Shown: one piece after another, positions 1-8,091 of the stretch
Position numbering within the stretch: the first letter of the stretch is position 1
How the letters are laid out: every line of letters begins with the position of its first letter
NCBI GenBank assembly: GCA_016303065.1
Contig: JAEDMJ010000003.1
Span: 9,552 to 73,551 of the forward strand
Source: Clostridiales bacterium
GTDB taxonomy: Bacteria > Bacillota > Clostridia > Oscillospirales > QAMX01
DNA: 64,000 bases
Direction of reading: 5' to 3'
Notes under the pieces: model-generated
What the model saw: the letters and a program-made list of their open reading frames with translations, nothing else
Database searches by the model: none
What the model was told of the DNA's origin: nothing
Program-made: the position numbers and the translations under genes

Positions 1-1905
1 GACCGCAAGAGCGGCGCCATTAAGGGCCACCCCGAAACGCTCATCACCGACCTTCCGGGGATCTATTCCCTCTCCCCCTATTCAAGCGAAGAGATCGTCT
101 CCCGTCAGTTCATCCTCAACGAAAAGCCCACCGGCATCATCAATATCGTCGACGCAACGAATATCGAACGAAATCTCTATCTCACGCTTCAGCTCATGGA
201 GCTTGACATCCCGGTTGTTCTGGCGCTCAACATGATGGACGAGGTCCGCGGAAACGGCGGCTCCGTACGCATTAACGAGATGGAAAATCTTCTCGGAATT
301 CCCGTTGTTCCGATTTCCGCAGCAAAAAACGAGGGCGTCGACGAGCTTGTCCGCCACGCCGTCCACGTGGCAAAGTACCAGGAACGCCCCGGCAGAACCG
401 ACTTCTGCGACAAGGACGCAAACGGCGGCGCAGTGCACCGCTGTCTCCACAGTCTCATGTGCCTTATCGACGACCACGCAAAGGCCGCCGGGATCCCGGT
501 CCGATTTGCCGCAAGCAAGCTTCTCGAGGGCGACCCGATTGTCCTCGACGCGCTCGCCCTCTCCAGAAACGAAAAAGAGACGATCGAACACATAATCGTC
601 CAAATGGAGGAGGAGCGGGGGCTTGACCGGGCGGCGGCAATAGCGGACATGAGGTTTTCCTTTATCAGACGGCTCTGCGAACAGACCGTTGTCAAGCCCC
701 GCGAATCAAAAGAGCACAACCGCAGCCGCAAAATAGACAGAATACTGACCGGGAAATACACCGCCATCCCCGCGTTCATCGGTATTATGGCGCTTGTATT
801 CTGGCTCACTTTCAACGTCATCGGAGCGTGGCTCCAGGGGCTTCTGGAGCTCGGGATCGACAAATTCACAGGGATCGTGGACTCCGCCCTTACCGGCTGG
901 GAGGTCAACGAAGCGCTCCACTCCCTTGTGATCGACGGTATTTTCAACGGCGTCGGCAGCGTTCTGAGCTTTATTCCCATAATCGTCACGCTGTTTTTCT
1001 TCCTTTCGCTCCTTGAAGACAGCGGCTATATGGCCCGCGTCGCCTTCGTCATGGACAAACTGCTTCGGAAGATCGGGCTTTCCGGCCGGAGCATCGTCCC
1101 CATGCTGATCGGTTTCGGCTGCACCGTTCCGGGCGTTATGGCAAGCCGCACGCTGCCCTCCGAGCGCGACAGAAAAATGACGATCATGCTGACTCCTTTT
1201 ATGAGCTGTACCGCGAAGCTCCCGATCTACGGCTTTTTCACCCAGCTCTTTTTCCCGGAGTACAGCGGGCTCATAATGGTCGGACTTTATTTTCTCGGCA
1301 TCGTCGTGGCGATACTCGTGGCGCTGATCTCAAAAAGCACCATGTTCCGCGGCGAAGCGGTTCCCTTCGTCATGGAGCTGCCGAATTACCGGCTTCCCGG
1401 TGCAAAAAACGTCGCATTCCTCCTTTGGGACAAGGCGAAAGACTTTCTGCAGCGGGCCTTCACGGTAATTTTCATCGCGACCATCGTGATATGGTTTCTT
1501 CAGACCTTTGACTTCCACTTCAACATCGTCTCCGATTCCAGGGACAGCATGCTTGCCTGGGCGGCGGGACTTATTGCCCCGGTCTTTTCTCCGCTGGGCT
1601 TTGGCGACTGGCGCATATCCACCTCGCTTATCGCCGGCATAATGGCAAAGGAGAGCGTCGTTTCAACCATCTCCGTGCTCTTCGGCAGCACAGACGCTCT
1701 GACCTCGCTTCTCACGCCGGTAACCGCTGCGTCGCTTCTCACCTTCTGCCTCCTCTACCCGCCGTGCATCGCGGCGATATCCTCCATCCGCCGTGAGCTC
1801 GGAACAAAATGGGCGTGCCTCACCGTCGTCGGCCAGTGCATCATCGCCTGGGTCTGCGCCCTTTGCGTTCGGCTTGCGGGAATGCTCATAGGTACTCTCC
1901 TGTGA
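1..1905 (+). CDS. feoB: Ferrous iron transporter FeoB (5' end cut by window edge)
   Basis: Frame 1 is open from nt 1 (..ITDLPGIYSLSPYSSEEIVSRQFI..INIVDATNIERNLYLTLQLMELDIPVVLALNMMDEV..), which is the FeoB G-domain. A polytopic membrane domain follows. Same frame as ORF-track 196..1905. Confidence 0.9.
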   Translation, partial: DRKSGAIKGHPETLITDLPGIYSLSPYSSEEIVSRQFILNEKPTGIINIVDATNIERNLYLTLQLMELDIPVVLALNMMDEVRGNGGSVRINEMENLLGIPVVPISAAKNEGVDELVRHAVHVAKYQERPGRTDFCDKDANGGAVHRCLHSLMCLIDDHAKAAGIPVRFAASKLLEGDPIVLDALALSRNEKETIEHIIVQMEEERGLDRAAAIADMRFSFIRRLCEQTVVKPRESKEHNRSRKIDRILTGKYTAIPAFIGIMALVFWLTFNVIGAWLQGLLELGIDKFTGIVDSALTGWEVNEALHSLVIDGIFNGVGSVLSFIPIIVTLFFFLSLLEDSGYMARVAFVMDKLLRKIGLSGRSIVPMLIGFGCTVPGVMASRTLPSERDRKMTIMLTPFMSCTAKLPIYGFFTQLFFPEYSGLIMVGLYFLGIVVAILVALISKSTMFRGEAVPFVMELPNYRLPGAKNVAFLLWDKAKDFLQRAFTVIFIATIVIWFLQTFDFHFNIVSDSRDSMLAWAAGLIAPVFSPLGFGDWRISTSLIAGIMAKESVVSTISVLFGSTDALTSLLTPVTAASLLTFCLLYPPCIAAISSIRRELGTKWACLTVVGQCIIAWVCALCVRLAGMLIGTLL

Positions 1906-2057
1906 ACGCGCAGAGCATCGCCGTTCTTGCGGCAGTCGCCGCATCTTCCGCCGCCGCCGTCGTTTCGCTCGTCCGAAACCGGAAAAAAGGCCGCGCTTCG
2001 TGCGCAGGCTGCTGCGCCGCCTGCGCGTCAAAAGGCAAATGCCGCTCAAAAAAATAA
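1902..2057 (+). CDS. FeoB-associated Cys-rich small membrane protein
   Basis: GTG at 1902 overlaps the feoB TGA (GTGA). Product VNAQSIAVLAAVAASSAAAVVSLVRNRKKGRASCAGCCAACASKGKCRSKK has one hydrophobic helix plus a Cys-rich basic tail, as in the family found directly after feoB in Firmicutes. Confidence 0.65.
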   Translation: MNAQSIAVLAAVAASSAAAVVSLVRNRKKGRASCAGCCAACASKGKCRSKK

Positions 2058-2205
2058 AGCTCTCTCCCCCCGCCGCCGGTGAACGCGCCCACGAGTCATA
2101 ACCCCAAACAGCCTTTTCTTTACACCGGCCGGAGCCTTCGGCCGCCTTCCTTTCCGATACACCTCACACCCACATCTGCTTATACTCATAACCGTACCTC
2201 ATGAA

Positions 2206-2241
2206 AATACCCCCAATACCGGGTGTCCGGTATTGGGGGTA
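2206..2241. repeat. Palindromic intergenic element, copy 1 (aatacccccaataccgg-gtgt-ccggtattgggggta)
   Basis: Perfect 15-bp stem with a 4-nt loop. An identical 36-nt copy lies at 25240..25275. It sits between the convergent feoB operon and yebC, so it probably acts as a bidirectional terminator. Confidence 0.8.
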
Positions 2242-2317
2242 AATAGCATTTTCGGATACTGTTTTCTCTTCACTCACCGCTGCGGCAAAAACCCTGCGGG
2301 CGCCCTGAGAGCCGATA

Positions 2318-3043
2318 TTATTCCTGATCCCAGCTGTGCCAGACGTTCTGGACGTCGTCGTTGTCGTCCAGCATGTCGAGAAGGCGGTTCATGTTCTTTA
2401 CCTGGTCTTCATTGGTAAGCGGCATGAGGGTCTGGGGGATCATCTTGACTTCCGCCTCAACGAACTCATATCCGTCTTTTTCCAACGCCTCGCGGACGGA
2501 ACCCAGATCGTCGGGGTTGGTGAGTATCTCGAAGACCTCGTCGTCGACGTTTACGTCCTCTGCTCCGGCGTCAAGGGCGGCCATTGTGACTTCTTCTTCG
2601 TCCTGACCGGCGTTTTCGATAAGCAAAACGCCTCTGCGGTCAAACTGCCAGGAAACGCTGTTGGACTGGCCGAGGTTTCCGCCGTTCTTGTCAAAATAGT
2701 GTCTCATGTCCGCGGCGGTGCGGTTGCGGTTGTCGGTAAGGGTTTCGACGATGACCGCGATGCCTCCGGGACCGTAGCCTTCATAGGTGATGTTTTCGAA
2801 GTTGGCGCTGTCGCCCTGTCCCGCATACTTGGTGATCATGCGGTTGATATTGTCGTTGGGGACATTCATGGTCTTCGCCTTTGCGATTATATCGCGCAGA
2901 CGGGAGTTGGACACGGGATCCGGTCCTCCGTCCTTGACGGCAATGGCTATCTCTCGGCCGATTTTGGTGAATATCTGGGCGCGCTTTGCGTCGCCCGCTT
3001 CTTTTTTATGCTTTATGTTGTTCCACTTGGAGTGACCGGACAT
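2318..3043 (-). CDS. yebC: YebC/PmpR family DNA-binding transcriptional regulator
   Basis: N-terminus MSGHSKWNNIKHKKEAGDAKRAQIFTKIGREI is the family signature. Length is 241 aa. Confidence 0.9.
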   Translation of the reverse strand: MSGHSKWNNIKHKKEAGDAKRAQIFTKIGREIAIAVKDGGPDPVSNSRLRDIIAKAKTMNVPNDNINRMITKYAGQGDSANFENITYEGYGPGGIAVIVETLTDNRNRTAADMRHYFDKNGGNLGQSNSVSWQFDRRGVLLIENAGQDEEEVTMAALDAGAEDVNVDDEVFEILTNPDDLGSVREALEKDGYEFVEAEVKMIPQTLMPLTNEDQVKNMNRLLDMLDDNDDVQNVWHSWDQE

Positions 3044-3178
3044 TTTATGATGACCCCTTTTGATAAGTTTCGTAAACAGCGCGCAAATCTGCCCGCATAC
3101 CTTGGGATATTATATCACAGTTTTGGCGGTTTTACAAGCCCCCGCAGCGTTCCGACAGCGCCCGCATCAGGCGTTTTT

Positions 3179-4525
3179 TCAATTTTCCTCCCGCTTTTTG
3201 CTTTCGGCAAGCGCCTCCGCCGCTTTAATAAGCGCACCGCGCTCGTTTTCAACGCTCTCCTCGATCACCATGGAAAGCAGTTTTTCGAGAACTTCCCCGA
3301 CGGCTTTTCCCTTTGGCACGCCGGCTTCGATAAGCTCCCTCCCGCCGACCGCAAGACCGCCCAGGTCAACGCAGGCGTTTCCGGCCCGCAGAGCGTCCAC
3401 GATCTTCCCGATTCGGTCAAGCCTTTCCGCCGCGCCCGGAATATGCGGCTTTGCCGCCAGATCCGCCCTTGCGGAAGCCAGAAGTCTCATGGCGTTTTCA
3501 TATCCGTACCTCCGCACAAGCCTCTTTGCGGGAATCACTTCGGCCGGCATACGCACGGTCTCCTCGTGGGCGGCGACGACTGTTTTCACGGTCTTTGCCG
3601 TGGCGTTGTCCGATTTCAGGCGTGAAAGAACATCCCCGGCGATCCGCGCGCTCTCCGCAGGGTGTCCGCGGAAATGCGCTCTGCCGTTCTCCTCGGTGAA
3701 GCACGCCGGTTTGCCGAGGTCGTGGAAAAACATCGAAAGCCGCATTATCGGGTCCCGCTCCGCGGCGTTCACCGCCGCGACCGTGTGTTCCCAAACGTCC
3801 CGGTCGTGCCACGGCGTGTTCTGCGGAAATCCGACGCAGGGCATGACCTCCGGAACAAACACGGCGATCACCTCCGGAAAACTTCTCAGAATCCGCTCCG
3901 CCCCCGCTCCGCAAAGGAGCTTCACAAACTCAGAAAAGATCCTCTCCGCCGATATGTTCCGAAGAAGCTCCCGGTTTCGCCGCACGCTTTCGGCAGTCCC
4001 TTCTGCGATCTCAAAATCCAGCACCGAAGCGAACCTCAGCGCCCGGAGAATACGCAAACCGTCCTCGGCGAACCTCAGGTCAGGATCCCCGACGCACCTT
4101 ATCACCCCGGCGTCAAGATCCTCCCGCCCGCCGAAGAGATCGCATATGCCCCTTTGCGGCGAAAACGCCATGGCGTTCACGGTGAAATCCCTTCTGGAAA
4201 GGTCCTCAGAAAGCTCAGACGTGAAAGATACGGAGACGGGGCGGCGGTTGTCGCGGTACTCCCCGTCGATGCGGAACGTCGTGATCTCGATCGGCTCTCC
4301 GTCGATGACGACCGTTACCGTCCCGTGCTTAAGCCCTGTCTCGATCAGCTTATAATCCGCAAAAAGCGAAAGCATCTCCCCGGGCAGAGCCGCCGTCGTG
4401 ACGTCCCAGTCGTGAGGCTGCTTTCCCATAAGGCTGTCCCGGACGCAGCCGCCCACGAGCCACCCCTCGAAACCGCCGCGGGCCAGCACCCCGAGGGCTT
4501 TATTTATACTTTCCGGGATCCTCAT
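3179..4525 (-). CDS. cca: CCA tRNA nucleotidyltransferase (class II, HD-domain containing)
   Basis: GWLVGGCVRDSLMGKQPHDWDVTT nucleotidyltransferase head, RDFTVNAMA motif, and a C-terminal HD-type region (FFHDLGKP). ATG at 4525 with AAGGA upstream. Confidence 0.8.
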   Translation of the reverse strand: MRIPESINKALGVLARGGFEGWLVGGCVRDSLMGKQPHDWDVTTAALPGEMLSLFADYKLIETGLKHGTVTVVIDGEPIEITTFRIDGEYRDNRRPVSVSFTSELSEDLSRRDFTVNAMAFSPQRGICDLFGGREDLDAGVIRCVGDPDLRFAEDGLRILRALRFASVLDFEIAEGTAESVRRNRELLRNISAERIFSEFVKLLCGAGAERILRSFPEVIAVFVPEVMPCVGFPQNTPWHDRDVWEHTVAAVNAAERDPIMRLSMFFHDLGKPACFTEENGRAHFRGHPAESARIAGDVLSRLKSDNATAKTVKTVVAAHEETVRMPAEVIPAKRLVRRYGYENAMRLLASARADLAAKPHIPGAAERLDRIGKIVDALRAGNACVDLGGLAVGGRELIEAGVPKGKAVGEVLEKLLSMVIEESVENERGALIKAAEALAESKKREEN

Positions 4526-4563
4526 TGAGTTTTTTACCGTCCTTTTTTATTTCCGCCCGAATT

Positions 4564-4608
4564 CAAAAACCGATCCCCGGCGGGGAAAGCCTGCTGTCGC
4601 CCGCCGGG
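4564..4608 (-). terminator. Stem-loop terminator after the Gfo/Idh/MocA gene
   Basis: The 9-bp GC stem cccggcggg (4576-4584) pairs with cccgccggg (4600-4608). A TTTTT run lies 6 nt downstream on the minus strand. Confidence 0.4.
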
Positions 4609-4639
4609 TCCTGTTTTTATCAAAGATTAAAGCGAGAGA

Positions 4640-5620
4640 TCAAAGCTCGATGACCCGGCCCGTAAACACGGATTCGTTGCAGGCCAGCGTGAGCGCCAGG
4701 GACTTGCAGGCGTCGGCGTACGGAGACTTGACCTTGCTCTGATCCCCGGTCAGCAGAGCGTCAATATAGGCGCGGTTGATGGCGCGCTCGTGGCTTTCGA
4801 CCCGCAGGAAATTCTTCGTGTACTCCGAAGTTTTGAACGTAACATTGTTTCTGAGCTGGTAGTCCACTTCGGCGTCGGTGCAGTGGATGCGCAGGCCGTT
4901 CTTGTACCCCGGATGTCCCGCGGTCACATAGCAGCCCGTGAATATGTTGGCGATAACTCCGCTTTTGAAGGTGATTACCGCGGAGGAGCAGTCGTGCAGG
5001 TCATAGCCATCGCGTTTGACGATGCCCTTTCTCGCGGTGCAGTAAACCTTTTCCGGTTCGCCGAAGAGATAACGCGAAAGGTCGAAATGGTGGATGTTCT
5101 GTTCGACGATCTGGCCTCCGGACGTTGCGTAGGTCGGCCACCAGTAAACGCCGGGAATGCCGCCGATCCACGCGCCGTCAACAAGGGCGACCTCGCGGTT
5201 TGCAATGAACTCGCGCGTCATGCGAACGATGTCAAGGTATCTGTCCTGGAAGCCCACACAGGTGATAAGACCTTTTGCCGCCGCAGCGTCGCGGATCTTC
5301 TCCGCAGTCTCCATGTCGAGCGCAAGGGGTTTCTCCACGAAGAAATTTATCCCGCGCTCTGCAGCGGCAAGCTCAATTTTTCCGTGCTGATCCGGCGGCA
5401 CGCAGATGTAGAGCGCGTCGGGGCGGCAGTCGTCAAGCATTTCTTCAACGCTTTCCCGATAGACCCTGCCGGTACCCATGAAAGCCTGCTTCTCTTCGGC
5501 GCGTTCCGGCCTTATGTCGTAGAAGCCGACGACTTCCGTTTCCCCGAAGTCCTTGAGATGGGGCAGATGCGCCATGCTTCTTCCTCCGCAGCCGCAGAGT
5601 GCGATTTTAAGCTTTGACAT
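4640..5620 (-). CDS. Gfo/Idh/MocA family NAD(P)-dependent oxidoreductase
   Basis: MSKLKIALCGCGGRS Rossmann N-terminus. The internal ATG at 5620 is preceded by GAAGGAAA. The longer ORF-track start at 5716 has no RBS. Confidence 0.8.
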   Translation of the reverse strand: MSKLKIALCGCGGRSMAHLPHLKDFGETEVVGFYDIRPERAEEKQAFMGTGRVYRESVEEMLDDCRPDALYICVPPDQHGKIELAAAERGINFFVEKPLALDMETAEKIRDAAAAKGLITCVGFQDRYLDIVRMTREFIANREVALVDGAWIGGIPGVYWWPTYATSGGQIVEQNIHHFDLSRYLFGEPEKVYCTARKGIVKRDGYDLHDCSSAVITFKSGVIANIFTGCYVTAGHPGYKNGLRIHCTDAEVDYQLRNNVTFKTSEYTKNFLRVESHERAINRAYIDALLTGDQSKVKSPYADACKSLALTLACNESVFTGRVIEL

Positions 5621-5885
5621 TCCGTTTTCCTTCTTTCTGTCTGTAAAAATATGTAATGCAAAAAAAATTTTATTTCCGCAAAGTTCAACAGGATTTACGC
5701 CAAACGCAAAAGACAACGGCGGTTTCTTTCGAATATAATATCACATTTTCCCTCTGAATGGAAGCCCCTTTTCCCGTTATTTTTCCGCCGCAGCCGTATT
5801 GACAACCCGAATGAATAATTGTATTATATATGGTAACAAGAAATATCGAGAAAGCGCTTGATATTCGACCGGAGGAAACAGTGTT

Positions 5886-7172
5886 ATGGCTGAAAGCAAG
5901 ACCAATTTCGGCGTTATCGGAATCAGCGGACGCGGTTCCGGAATGCTCAGAGAATTCCTGAGCGTTCCCGGCGTCGCCGTTACCGCTGTCTGCGACAAAT
6001 ACGAAGACCGCGCCCGCAGAGGCTCTGAGATCGTAAAAGAAGTCACCGGCAAGGACATCGAATGGTACACCGATTACCATGAGCTCCTGGCCCGCGACGA
6101 TATAAAGGGCGTACTCATCTGCACCACATGGATCACCCACGCGCGCATCGCCATCGACGCAATGCGCGCCGGAAAACACGCCGCGTTTGAAGTCGGCGGA
6201 GCCGCCTCCGTTGAAGAGTGCTGGCAGATGGTCCGAACCTCTGAGGAGACCGGCAAAATCTGCATGATGATCGAAAACTGCTGCTATGACAGAAACGAGC
6301 TGGCCGTTTTCAACATGATCAAAAAGGGCTTGTTCGGAGAGCTCATTCACCTTGAGGGCGGCTATCGCCACGACCTTCGCGACGAGATCAACAACGGCGT
6401 TGAAAACCGCCACGGACGTCTTGCCAACTTCACCTGCCGCAACGGCGAGCTCTATCCCACCCATCAGCTTGGACCGATCTCCAAGTGCCTCGGCATCAAC
6501 CGCGGCAACCGTTTCCTGACCCTTACCTCCATGGCGTCCAAATCCCGCGGGCTCCACGATTGGCTCGTCAAAAACCGCACTCCCGACTATCACAGCTATA
6601 ACCGCGTTTTCAACCAGGGCGACGTGGTAACGACGCTTATAAAATGCGCCAACGGCGAAACCATAACTCTCACGCACGACTGCAGCCTCGTCCGCCCGTA
6701 CAGCCGCAACTACGTGGTGCAGGGAACCGACGCGATCTACAACGAGGCTCCCCATCCCTATGACAATGTTATCGCTCTCGACAGCGAAGAACACGGCTGG
6801 AAGCCCTTCACGCCCTATCTTGAAAAGTACGAACATCCGCTCTGGCGCAAGTATATCACCGACGGCGTTCACGCCGGTCACGGCGGCATGGACTACCTCG
6901 TGCTCTGCGCCTACGCCGAAGCGGCCATAAACGACCTGACGCCGCCCATCGATGTCTACGACACCGCCGCATGGATGGCCGTCACCTGCCTTTCCGAGCA
7001 GTCCGTCGCCCTCGGCAGCATGCCCGTGGCCTTCCCGGACTTCACCAACGGCGCCTGGATCGACCGCGAACCCTTCAGACGCGGTATGTACTGTCTTGAA
7101 GACGTTTGCGAGGAATGCTTCCCGAACGCCGAAAACACTGCCGGAGACAGGAATAAATCTGAGGAGGAGTAA
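5886..7172 (+). CDS. Gfo/Idh/MocA family oxidoreductase, GH109-like architecture
   Basis: FGVIGISGRGSGM Rossmann start and a 428-aa length, with a C-terminal domain typical of NAD-dependent GH109-like proteins. GGAGGAAA RBS precedes the ATG at 5886. Confidence 0.7.
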   Translation: MAESKTNFGVIGISGRGSGMLREFLSVPGVAVTAVCDKYEDRARRGSEIVKEVTGKDIEWYTDYHELLARDDIKGVLICTTWITHARIAIDAMRAGKHAAFEVGGAASVEECWQMVRTSEETGKICMMIENCCYDRNELAVFNMIKKGLFGELIHLEGGYRHDLRDEINNGVENRHGRLANFTCRNGELYPTHQLGPISKCLGINRGNRFLTLTSMASKSRGLHDWLVKNRTPDYHSYNRVFNQGDVVTTLIKCANGETITLTHDCSLVRPYSRNYVVQGTDAIYNEAPHPYDNVIALDSEEHGWKPFTPYLEKYEHPLWRKYITDGVHAGHGGMDYLVLCAYAEAAINDLTPPIDVYDTAAWMAVTCLSEQSVALGSMPVAFPDFTNGAWIDREPFRRGMYCLEDVCEECFPNAENTAGDRNKSEEE

Positions 7173-7177
7173 GAAAC

Positions 7178-7924
7178 ATGAAACTCGGCGCCCAGCTTTA
7201 CACCATCCGGGAGTTCTGCAAAACCCCCGAAGACCTCGATGCATCCCTTGCGAAGATCGCCGGAATCGGCTACAAATATGTTCAGCTCTCCGGTTTCTCC
7301 TACGACGCGGCAAGCGTGAAACGCCGCTGCGACGAGCTCGGCCTTTCCATCATCCTGACCCACAACTCCGCCGACAGGCTAATCAACGATACCGACAGGC
7401 TCATTGAAGACCACCGGATCATGAATTGCCCCAACATCGGCATCGGCGGTTTTTTCGGCGACCGCACGCCCGAAGGAGTCCGCAAATTCCTTTCTGACTG
7501 CCGCCCCGCCATGGAGAAGATCGCCGCCGCCGGAATGAAGTTCCAGTATCACAACCACGGTTTTGAGTTTGAAAAATTTGACGGCGTCACGCTGTTCGAC
7601 ATTCTCAAAAACGAAAGCGATCCGGAGCTTATGGGCTTCACGCTTGACACCTACTGGGTGCAGTACGGCGGAGTCTGCATCGTCGACCTCGTCAATTCGC
7701 TCCGCGGACGCATTAACGTCTTCCACTTCAAGGACATGGCCATGACCCCCGAAGGCCAGCATTTCGCGCCCATCGGAGAGGGCAACCTCTCCTGGGAAAC
7801 CATAATTCCGGCTTTTGCACAGGCCGGCGCGGAATACGGCTTTGTCGAACAGGACAACACCTACGGCGCGGACCCCTTCGACTGCCTCGGAAAGAGCTAT
7901 AATTATCTGGCCGGGAAGCTCTGA
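7178..7924 (+). CDS. Sugar phosphate isomerase/epimerase (xylose-isomerase-like TIM barrel)
   Basis: 248 aa. KLGAQLYTIREF..GYKYVQLSG..HNHGFEF..TLDTYW pattern of the AP-endonuclease-2/xylose-isomerase-like TIM family. The RBS GGAGGAG lies in the end of the upstream gene (5-nt gap). Confidence 0.8.
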   Translation: MKLGAQLYTIREFCKTPEDLDASLAKIAGIGYKYVQLSGFSYDAASVKRRCDELGLSIILTHNSADRLINDTDRLIEDHRIMNCPNIGIGGFFGDRTPEGVRKFLSDCRPAMEKIAAAGMKFQYHNHGFEFEKFDGVTLFDILKNESDPELMGFTLDTYWVQYGGVCIVDLVNSLRGRINVFHFKDMAMTPEGQHFAPIGEGNLSWETIIPAFAQAGAEYGFVEQDNTYGADPFDCLGKSYNYLAGKL

Positions 7925-7957
7925 TATCGCCCGTTTTTCCCCCGAAAAAAGTTCAGA

Positions 7958-8004
7958 AACCCGCCGCAGCAGGATTTTTTTGCTCTCTGCGGCGGGTTTT
8001 ATTT
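7958..8004 (+). terminator. Rho-independent terminator
   Basis: aaacccgccgcag ... ctgcggcgggttt stem followed by tatttg. Confidence 0.55.
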
Positions 8005-8091
8005 GTTCCCCTGCCCCGCCGAAAACCCTGTTGAAATATAAAAATTTTTTTGCTATAATAATTTCAAACATATGAAAGGAAATTCACAGCC

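Noticed and set aside
1809-2057. Full 82-aa ORF overlapping the feoB 3' end
   Set aside because: Only the last 52 codons (from GTG 1902) look like the FeoB-associated Cys-rich membrane peptide. The upstream part overlaps feoB out of frame.
2336-3625. 429-aa + strand ORF, and similar long ORFs at 3060..4355, 3662..4528, 10686..12962, 13793..14713, 21584..23272, 34903..36345, 38370..40022, 43337..44689, 49193..50713, 50948..52204, 58370..59722 and 59987..61039
   Set aside because: Each lies antisense to, or out of frame with, a gene carrying clear family motifs. The translations are Arg/Gly/Pro/Ala/Ser-rich, low-complexity products typical of shadow ORFs in GC-rich DNA. None has a convincing RBS.
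5685-7313. 542-aa minus-strand ORF covering the GH109-like gene
   Set aside because: It is antisense to a + strand gene that has a Rossmann motif and a GGAGGAAA RBS. The product has no recognisable domain and a shadow-ORF composition.
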